DNA of 64,000 nucleotides from Auanema rhodensis (taxonomy: Eukaryota; Animalia; Nematoda), in NCBI GenBank assembly GCA_964057225.1, contig OZ059899.1:2170001-2234000 (forward strand), given 5' to 3'. Both the position numbers and the translations under genes were made by a program. Every line of letters starts with the position of its first letter. Position 1 is the first letter of the stretch. Below are positions 1-10,500 of this stretch, piece by piece. Under the pieces are notes generated by a model, which was given only the letters and a program-made list of their open reading frames with translations, was not told where the DNA came from and ran no database searches.

Positions 1-69
1 TTTTTCAAACGATCATAACTAATTTTTGTATCAAGCGTTTCTCGATGTAGTATAGTGCATTCGATGCGG

Positions 70-120
70 ATTTTTAAGCTGCGTCGATCTGTGTTATCAG
101 ATTTGCGCTAGCTTAAAAAT
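70..120. other. Imperfect 51-nt inverted repeat (present in each monomer)
   Basis: atttttaagct (70-80) is the perfect reverse complement of agcttaaaaat (110-120). Inner arms gcg/cgc and atctg/cagat surround a tgttat loop. Confidence 0.9.
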
Positions 121-137
121 GCACCGAGATATCAACT

Positions 138-159
138 GATATAAGTTCACACTTATATC
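138..159. other. Perfect 9-bp stem with 4-nt loop (present in each monomer)
   Basis: gatataagt-tcac-acttatatc. Confidence 0.93.
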
Positions 160-233
160 CTCGATTTTCACCCTGAAGAGTTAATTTTTTCGTTGAATAA
201 CATTGTCCATCGTCTTTGCCTTGAAAAATGGAA

Positions 234-305
234 TCTAAAAACATCTACTTTTTGCTAAATTATTTTGAAATTTTTCGAAAAAATTTTTGTCAAAATGTTT
301 TTGGA
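234..305. other. Nested imperfect palindrome around tttttcgaaaaa (present in each monomer)
   Basis: The 12-bp palindrome is at 271-282. attttga (262-268) pairs with tcaaaat (290-296). tc(t/c)aaaaacat (234-244) pairs with atgtttttgga (295-305). Confidence 0.8.
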
Positions 306-309
306 AGCA

Positions 310-337
310 ATGTTGAGTGTACATGGAAACTCAACAT
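310..337. other. Perfect 9-bp stem with 10-nt loop (present in each monomer)
   Basis: atgttgagt-gtacatggaa-actcaacat. Confidence 0.93.
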
Positions 338-3300
338 ACACTAATGCATCATTTTTCAAACAATCATAACTAATTTGTGTATTAAGCGTTTCTCAATGTA
401 GTATAGTGCATTCGATGCGGATTTTTAAGCTGCGTCGATCTGTGTTATCAGATTTGCGCTAGCTTAAAAATGCACCGAGATATCAACTGATATAAGTTCA
501 CACTTATATCCTCGATTTTCACCCTGAAGAATTGATTTTTTCGTTGAATAACATTGTCTATCGTCTTTGCCTTGAAAAATGGAATCTAAAAACATCTACT
601 TTTTGCTAAATTATTTTGAAATTTTTCGAAAAAATTTTTGTCAAAATGTTTTTGGAAGCAATGTTGAGTGTACATGGAAACTCAACATACACTAATGCAT
701 CATTTTTCAAACGATCATAACTAATTTTTGTATCAAGCTTTTCTCGATGTAGTATAGTGCATTCGATGCGGATTTTTGAGCTGCGTCGATCTGTGTTATC
801 AGATTTGCGCTAGCTTAAAAATGCACCGAGATATCAACTGATATAAGTTCACACTTATATCCTCGATTTTCACCCTGAAGAATCAATTTTTTCGTTGAAT
901 AACATTGTCTATCGTCTTTGCCTTGAAAAATGGAATCTAAAAACATCTACTTTTTGCTAAATTATTTTGAAATTTTTCGAAAAAATTTTTGTCAAAATGT
1001 TTTTGGAAGCAATGTTGAGTGTACATGGAAACTCAACATACACTAATGCATCATTTTTCAAACAATCATAACTAATTTGTGTATTAAGCGTTTCTCAATG
1101 TAGTATAGTGCATTCGATGCGGATTTTTAAGCTGCGTCGATCTGTGTTATCAGATTTGCGCTAGCTTAAAAATGCACCGAGATATCAACTGATATAAGTT
1201 CACACTTATATCCTCGATTTTCACCCTGAACAATTAATTTTTTCGTTGAATAACATTGTCCATCGTCTTTGCCTTGAAAAATGGAATCTAAAAACATCTA
1301 CTTTTTGCTAAATTATTTTGAAATTTTTCGAAAAAATTTTTGTCAAAATGTTTTTGGAAGCAATGTTGAGTGTACATGGAAACTCAACATACACTAATGC
1401 ATCATTTTTCAAACGATCATAACTAATTTTTGTATCAAGCGTTTCTCGATGTAGTATAGTGCATTCGATGCGGATTTTTAAGCTGCGTCGATCTGTGTTA
1501 TCAGATTTGCGCTAGCTTAAAAATGCACCGAGATATCAACTGATATAAGTTCACACTTATATCCTCGATTTTCACCCTGAAGAGTTAATTTTTTCGTTGA
1601 ATAACATTGTCCATCGTCTTTGCCTTGAAAAATGGAATCTAAAAACATCTACTTTTTGCTAAATTATTTTGAAATTTTTCGAAAAAATTTTTGTCAAAAT
1701 GTTTTTGGAAGCAATGTTGAGTGTACATGGAAACTCAACATACACTAATGCATCATTTTTCAAACAATCATAACTAATTTGTGTATTAAGCGTTTCTCAA
1801 TGTAGTATAGTGCATTCGATGCGGATTTTTAAGCTGCGTCGATCTGTGTTATCAGATTTGCGCTAGCTTAAAAATGCACCGAGATATCAACTGATATAAG
1901 TTCACACTTATATCCTCGATTTTCACCCTGAAGAATTGATTTTTTCGTTGGATAACATTGTCTATCGTCTTTGCCTTGAAAAATGGAATCTAAAAACATC
2001 TACTTTTTGCTAAATTATTTTGAAATTTTTCGAAAAAATTTTTGTCAAAATGTTTTTGGAAGCAATGTTGAGTGTACATGGAAACTCAACATACACTAAT
2101 GCATCATTTTTCAAACAATCATAACTAATTTGTGTATTAAGCGTTTCTCAATGTAGTATAGTGCATTCGATGCGGATTTTTAAGCTGCGTCGATCTGTGT
2201 TATCAGATTTGCGCTAACTTAAAAATGCACCGAGATATCAACTGATATAAGTTCACACTTATATCCTCGATTTTCACCCTGAACAATTAATTTTTTCGTT
2301 GAATAACATTGTCCATCGTCTTTGCCTTGAAAAATGGAATCTAAAAACATCTACTTTTTGCTAAATTATTTTGAAATTTTTCGAAAAAATTTTTGTCAAA
2401 ATGTTTTTGGAAGCAATGTTGAGTGTACATGGAAACTCAACATACACTAATGCATCATTTTTCAAACGATCATAACTAATTTTTGTATCAAGCGTTTCTC
2501 GATGTAGTATAGTGCATTCGATGCGGATTTTTGAGCTGCGTCGATCTGTGTTATCAGATTTGCGCTAGCTTAAAAATGCACCGAGATATCAACTGATATA
2601 AGTTCACACTTATATCCTCGATTTTCACCCTGAAGAATCAATTTTTTCGTTGAATAACATTGTCTATCGTCTTTGCCTTGAAAAATGGAATCTAAAAACA
2701 TCTACTTTTTGCTAAATTATTTTGAAATTTTTCGAAAAAATTTTTGTCAAAATGTTTTTGGAAGCAATGTTGAGTGTACATGGAAACTCAACATACACTA
2801 ATGCATCATTTTTCAAACGATCATAACTAATTTTTGTATCAAGCTTTTCTCAATGTAGTATAGTGCATTCGATGCGGATTTTTAAGCTGCGTCGATCTGT
2901 GTTATCAGATTTGCGCTAGCTTAAAAATGCACCGAGATATCAACTGATATAAGTTCACACTTATATCCTCGATTTTCACCCTGAAGAATCAATTTTTTCG
3001 TTGAATAACATTGTCTATCGTCTTTGCCTTGAAAAATGGAATCTAAAAACATCTACTTTTTGCTAAATTATTTTGAAATTTTTCTAAAAAATTTTTGTCA
3101 AAATGTTTTTGGAAGCAATGTTGAGTGTACATGGAAACTCAACATACACTAATGCATCATTTTTCAAACGATCATAACTAATTTTTGTATTAAGCTTTTC
3201 TCAATGTAGTATAGTGCATTCGATGCGGATTTTTAAGCTGCGTCGATCTGTGTTATCAGATTTGCGCTAGCTTAAAAATGCACCGAGATATCAACTGATA

Positions 3301-4562
3301 TAAGTTCACACTTATATCCTCGATTTTCACCCTGAAGAATCAATTTTTTCGTTGAATAACATTGTCTATCGTCTTTGCCTTGAAAAATGGAATCTAAAAA
3401 CATCTACTTTTTGCTAAATTATTTCGAAATTTTTCGAAAAAATTTTTGTCAAAATGTTTTTGGAAGCAATGTTGAGTGTACATGGAAACTCAACATACAC
3501 TAATGCATCATTTTTCAAACGATCATAACTAATTTTTGTATCAAGCTTTTCTCAATGTAGTATAGTGCATTCGATGCGGATTTTTAAGCTGCGTCGATCT
3601 GTGTTATCAGATTTGCGCTAGCTTAAAAATGCACCGAGATATCAACTGATATAAGTTCACACTTATATCCTCGATTTTCACCCTGAAGAATCAATTTTTT
3701 CGTTGAATAACATTGTCTATCGTCTTTGCCTTGAAAAATGGAATCTAAAAACATCTACTTTTTGCTAAATTATTTTGAAATTTTTCGAAAAAATTTTGTC
3801 AAAATGTTTTTGGAAGCAATGTTGAGTGTACATGGAAACTCAACATACACTAATGCATCATTTTTCAAACGATCATAACTAATTTTTGTATTAAGCTTTT
3901 CTCAATGTAGTATAGTGCATTCGATGCGGATTTTTAAGCTGCGTCGATCTGTGTTATCAGATTTGCGCTAGCTTAAAAATGCACCGAGATATCAACTGAT
4001 ATAAGTTCACACTTATATCCTCGATTTTCACCCTGAAGAATCAATTTTTTCGTTGAATAACATTGTCTATCGTCTTTGCCTTGAAAAATGGAATCTAAAA
4101 ACATCTACTTTTTGCTAAATTATTTTGAAATTTTTCGAAAAAATTTTTGTCAAAATGTTTTTGGAAGCAATGTTGAGTGTACATGGAAACTCAACATACA
4201 CTAATGCATCATTTTTCAAACGATCATAACTAATTTTTGTATTAAGCTTTTCTCAATGTAGTATAGTGCATTCGATGCGGATTTTTAAGCTGCGTCGATC
4301 TGTGTTATCAGATTTGCGCTAGCTTAAAAATGCACCGAGATATCAACTGATATAAGTTCACACTTATATCCTCGATTTTCACCCTGAAGAATCAATTTTT
4401 TCGTTGAATAACATTGTCTATCGTCTTTGCCTTGAAAAATGGAATCTAAAAACATCTACTTTTTGCTAAATTATTTTGAAATTTTTCGAAAAAATTTTTG
4501 TCAAAATGTTTTTGGAAGCAATGTTGAGTGTACATGGAAACTCAACATACACTAATGCATCA

Positions 4563-7500
4563 TTTTTCAAACGATCATAACTAATTTTTGTATCAAGCTT
4601 TTCTCAATGTAGTATAGTGCATTCGATGCGGATTTTTAAGCTGCGTCGATCTGTGTTATCAGATTTGCGCTAGCTTAAAAATGCACCGAGATATCAACTG
4701 ATATAAGTTCACACTTATATCCTCGATTTTCACCCTGAAGAATTAATTTTTTCGTTGAATAACATTGTCCATCGTCTTTGCCTTGAAAAATGGAATCTAA
4801 AAACATCTACTTTTTGCTAAATTATTTTGAAAATTTTCGAAAAAATTTTTGTCAAAATGTTTTTGGAAGCAATGTTGAGTGTACATGGAAACTCAACATA
4901 CACTAATGCATCATTTTTCAAACAATCATAACTAATTTGTGTATTAAGCGTTTCTCAATGTAGTATAGTGCATTCGATGCGGATTTTTAAGCTGCGTCGA
5001 TCTGTGTTATCAGATTTGCGCTAACTTAAAAATGCACCGAGATATCAACTGATATAAGTTCACACTTATATCCTCGATTTTCACCCTGAACAATTAATTT
5101 TTTCGTTGAATAACATTGTCCATCGTCTTTGCCTTGAAAAATGGAATCTAAAAACATCTACTTTTTGCTAAATTATTTTGAAATTTTTCGAAAAAATTTT
5201 TGTCAAAATGTTTTTGGAAGCAATGTTGAGTGTACATGGAAACTCAACATACACTAATGCATCATTTTTCAAACGATCATAACTAATTTTTGTATCAAGC
5301 GTTTCTCGATGTAGTATAGTGCATTCGATGCGGATTTTTAAGCTGCGTCGATCTGTGTTATCAGATTTGCGCTAGCTTAAAAATGCACCGAGATATCAAC
5401 TGATATAAGTTCACACTTATATCCTCGATTTTCACCCTGAAGAATTGATTTTTTCGTTGAATAACATTGTCTATCGTCTTTGCCTTAAAAAATGGAATCT
5501 AAAAACTTCTACTTTTTGCTAAATTATTTTAAAATTTTTCGAAAAAATTTTTGTCAAAATGTTTTTGGAAGCAATGTTGAGTGTACATGGAAACTCAACA
5601 TACACTAATGCATCATTTTTCAAACGATCATAACTAATTTTTGTATCGAGCGTTTCTCAATGTAGTATAGTGCATTCGATGCGGATTTTTAAGCTGCGTC
5701 GATCTGTGTTATCAGATTTGCGCTAGCTTAAAAATGCACCGAGATATCAACTGATATAAGTTCACACTTATATCCTCGATTTTCACCCTGAAAAATTAAT
5801 TTTTTCGTTGAATAACATTGTCCATCGTCTTTGCCTTGAAAAATGGAATCTAAAAACATCTACTTTTTGCTAAATTATTTTGAAATTTTTCGAAAAAATT
5901 TTTGTCAAAATGTTTTTGGAAGCAATGTTGAGTGTACATGGAAACTCAACATACACTAATGCATCATTTTTCAAACGATCATAACTAATTTTTGTATCAA
6001 ACGTTTCTCAATGTAGTATAGTGCATTCGATGCGGATTTTTAAGCTGCGTCGATCTGTGTTATCAGATTTGCGCTAGCTTAAAAATGCACCGAGATATCA
6101 ACTGATATAAGTTCACACTTATATCCTCGATTTTCACCCTGAAGAATTAATTTTTTCGTTGAATAGCATTGTCCATCGTCTTTGCCTTGAAAAAAAGAAT
6201 CTAAAAACATCTACTTTTCGCTAAATTATTTTGAAATTTTTCGAAAAAATTTTTGTCAAAATGTTTTTGGAAGCAATGTTGAGTGTACATGGAAACTCAA
6301 CATACACTAATGCATCATTTTTCAAACGATCATAACTAATTTTTGTATCAAGCGTTTCTCGATGTAGTATAGTGCATTCGATGCGGATTTTTAAGCTGCG
6401 TCGATCTGTGTTATCAGATTTGCGCTAGCTTACAAATGCACCGAGATATCAACTGATATAAGTTCACACTTATATCCTCGATTTTCACCCTGAAGAATTG
6501 ATTTTTTCGTTGAATAACATTGTCTATCGTCTTTGCTTTGAAAAATGGAATCTAAAAACATCTACTTTTTGCTAAATTATTTTGAAATTTTTCGAAAAAA
6601 TTTTTGTCAAAATGTTTTTGGAAGCAATGTTGAGTGTACATGGAAACTCAACATACACTAATGCATCATTTTTCAAACGATCATAACTAATTTTTGTATC
6701 AAGCGTTTCTCGATGTAGTATAGTGCATTCGATGCGGATTTTTAAGCTGCGTCGATCTGTGTTATCAGATTTGCGCTAGCTTAAAAATGCACCGAGATAT
6801 CAACTGATATAAGTTCACACTTATATCCTCGATTTTCACCCTGAGGAATTGATTTTTTCGTTGAATAACATTGTCTATCGTCTTTGCCTTAAAAAATGGA
6901 ATCTAAAAACTTCTACTTTTTGCTAAATTATTTTAAAATTTTTCGAAAAAATTTTTGTCAAAATGTTTTTGGAAGCAATGTTGAGTGTACATGGAAACTC
7001 AACATACACTAATGCATCATTTTTCAAACGATCATAACTAATTTTTGTATCAAGCGTTTCTCAATGTAGTATAGTGCATTCGATGCGGATTTTTAAGCTG
7101 CGTCGATCTGTGTTATCAGATTTGCGCTAGCTTAAAAATGCACCGAGATATCAACTGATATAAGTTCACACTTATATCCTCGATTTTCACCCTGAAAAAT
7201 TAATTTTTTCGTTGAATAACATTGTCCATCGTCTTTGCCTTGAAAAATGGAATCTAAAAACATCTACTTTTTGCTAAATTATTTTGAAATTTTTCGAAAA
7301 AATTTTTGTCAAAATGTTTTTGGAAGCAATGTTGAGTGTACATGGAAACTCAACATACACTAATGCATCATTTTTCAAACGATCATAACTAATTTTTGTA
7401 TCAAACGTTTCTCAATGTAGTATAGTGCATTCGATGCGGATTTTTAAGCTGCGTCGATCTGTGTTATCAGATTTGCGCTAGCTTAAAAATGCACCGAGAT

Positions 7501-10500
7501 ATCAACTGATATAAGTTCACACTTATATCCTCGATTTTCACCCTGAAGAATTAATTTTTTCGTTGAATAACATTGTCCATCGTCTTTGCCTTGAAAAAAG
7601 GAATCTAAAAACATCTACTTTTTGCTAAATTATTTTGAAATTTTTCGAAAACATTTTTGTCAAAATGTTTTTGGAAGCAATGTTGAGTGTACATGGAAAC
7701 TCAACATACACTAATGCATCATTTTTCAAACGATCATAACTAATTTTTGTATTAAGCGTTTCTCGATGTAGTATAGTGCATTCGATGCGGATTTTTAAGC
7801 TGCGTCGATCTGTGTTATCAGATTTGCGCTAGCTTACAAATGCACCGAGATATCAACTGATATAAGTTCACACTTATATCCTCGATTTTCACCCTGAACA
7901 ATTAATTTTTTCGTTGAATAACATTGTCCATCGTCTTTGCCTTGAAAAATGGAATCTAAAAACATCTACTTTTTGCTAAATTATTTTGAAATTTTTCGAA
8001 AAAATTTTTGTCAAAATGTTTTTGGAAGCAATGTTGAGTGTACATGGAAACTCAACATACACTAATGCATCATTTTTCAAACGATCATAACTAATTTTTG
8101 TATCAAACGTTTCTCAATGTAGTATAGTGCATTCGATGCGGATTTTTAAGCTGCGTCGATCTGTGTTATCAGATTTGCGCTAACTTAAAAATGCACCGAG
8201 ATATCAACTGATATAAGTTCACACTTATATCCTCGATTTTCACCCTGAAGAATTAATTTTTTCGTTGAATAGCATTGTCCATCGTCTTTGCCTTGAAAAA
8301 AGGAATCTAAAAACATCTACTTTTCGCTAAATTATTTTGAAATTTTTCGAAAAAATTTTTGTCAAAATGTTTTTGGAAGCAATGTTGAGTGTACATGGAA
8401 ACTCAACATACACTAATGCATCATTTTTCAAACGATCATAACTAATTTTTGTATCAAGCGTTTCTCGATGTAGTATAGTGCATTCGATGCGGATTTTTAA
8501 GCTGCGTCGATCTGTGTTATCAGATTTGCGCTAGCTTACAAATGCACCGAGATATCAACTGATATAAGTTCACACTTATATCCTCGATTTTCACCCTGAA
8601 CAATTAATTTTTTCGTTGAATAACACTGTCCATCGTCTTTGCCTTGAAAAATGGAATCTAAAAACATCTACTTTTTGCTAAATTATTTTGAAATTTTTCG
8701 AAAAAATTTTTGTCAAAATGTTTTTGGAAGCAATGTTGAGTGTACATGGAAACTCAACATACACTAATGCATCATTTTTCAAACGATCATAACTAATTTT
8801 TGTATCAAGCGTTTCTCGATGTAGTATAGTGCATTCGATGCGGATTTTTAAGCTGCGTCGATCTGTGTTATCAGATTTGCGCTAGCTTAAAAATGCACCG
8901 AGATATCAACTGATATAAGTTCACACTTATATCCTCGATTTTCACCCTGAGGAATTGATTTTTTCGTTGAATAACATTGTCTATCGTCTTTGCCTTAAAA
9001 AATGGAATCTAAAAACTTCTACTTTTTGCTAAATTATTTTAAAATTTTTCGAAAAAATTTTTGTCAAAATGTTTTTGGAAGCAATGTTGAGTGTACATGG
9101 AAACTCAACATACACTAATGCATCATTTTTCAAACGATCATAACTAATTTTTGTATCAAGCGTTTCTCAATGTAGTATAGTGCATTCGATGCGGATTTTT
9201 AAGCTGCGTCGATCTGTGTTATCAGATTTGCGCTAGCTTAAAAATGCACCGAGATATCAACTGATATAAGTTCACACTTATATCCTCGATTTTCACCCTG
9301 AAGAATTAATTTTTTCGTTGAATAGCATTGTCCATCGTCTTTGCCTTGAAAAAAGGAATCTAAAAACATCTACTTTTCGCTAAATTATTTTGAAATTTTT
9401 CGAAAAAATTTTTGTCAAAATGTTTTTGGAAGCAATGTTGAGTGTACATGGAAACTCAACATACACTAATGCATCATTTTTCAAACGATCATAACTAATT
9501 TTTGTATCAAGCGTTTCTCGATGTAGTATAGTGCATTCGATGCGGATTTTTAAGCTGCGTCGATCTGTGTTATCAGATTTGCGCTAGCTTACAAATGCAC
9601 CGAGATATCAACTGATATAAGTTCACACTTATATCCTCGATTTTCACCCTGAACAATTAATTTTTTCGTTGAATAACATTGTCCATCGTCTTTGCCTTGA
9701 AAAATGGAATCTAAAAACATCTACTTTTTGCTAAATTATTTTGAAATTTTTCGAAAAAATTTTTGTCAAAATGTTTTTGGAAGCAATGTTGAGTGTACAT
9801 GGAAACTCAACATACACTAATGCATCATTTTTCAAACGATCATAACTAATTTTTGTATTAAGCGTTTCTCAATGTAGTATAGTGCATTCGATGCGAATTT
9901 TTAAGCTGCGTCGATCTGTGTTATCAGATTTGCGCTAGCTTAAAAATGCACCGAGATATCAACTGATATAAGTTCACACTTATATCCTCGATTTTCACCC
10001 TGAAGAATTGATTTTTTCGTTGAATAACATTGTCTATCGTCTTTGCCTTAAAAAATGGAATCTAAAAACTTCTACTTTTTGCTAAATTATTTTGAAATTT
10101 TTCGAAAAAATTTTTGTCAAAATGTTTTTGGAAGCAATGTTGAGTGTACATGGAAACTCAACATACACTAATGCATCATTTTTCAAACGATCATAACTAA
10201 TTTTTGTATCAAGCGTTTCTCAATGTAGTATAGTGCATTCGATGCGGATTTTTAAGCTGCGTCGATCTGTGTTATCAGATTTGCGCTAGCTTGAAAATGC
10301 ACCGAGATATCAACTGATATAAGTTCACACTTATATCCTCGATTTTCACCCTGAAAAATTAATTTTTTCGTTGAATAACATTGTCCATCGTCTTTGCCTT
10401 GAAAAATGGAATCTAAAAACATCTACTTTTTGCTAAATTATTTTGAAATTTTTCGAAAAAATTTTTGTCAAAATGTTTTTGGAAGCAATGTTGAGTGTAC

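Larger units (their letters stand above)
1..351. repeat. Representative satellite monomer (351 bp, about 32% GC, rich in A/T tracts and inverted repeats)
   Basis: Hand count of 58 C and 55 G in 351 nt. There are many A4-6/T4-6 tracts, densest at 224-302. The monomer phase is arbitrary and set by the window start. Confidence 0.97.

Noticed and set aside
138-168. Rho-independent terminator
   Set aside because: The stem is AT-rich, the T-run is not adjacent, and there is no upstream gene or bacterial context.
188-204. CENP-B box-like tttcgttgaataacatt
   Set aside because: It matches the TTCG....A half of nTTCGnnnnAnnCGGGn but lacks the essential CGGG.
1-351. Tandem 5S rRNA, tRNA, snRNA or spliced-leader gene unit
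   Set aside because: I recognised no conserved RNA sequence, cloverleaf or convincing Pol III boxes. An Infernal/Rfam scan would be the definitive test.
1-351. Monomer as an ancient dimer of about 175-bp subunits
   Set aside because: There is only weak resemblance (tttttc...ataac...ttgt..atc at 1-32 versus 186-211), which AT-richness can explain. No sustained alignment was visible by eye.
1-351. Assignment to a named 350-360-bp satellite family (e.g. Drosophila 1.688/359-bp or Tribolium satellites)
   Set aside because: Only length and AT content are similar. I do not recognise sequence identity and cannot run a search.
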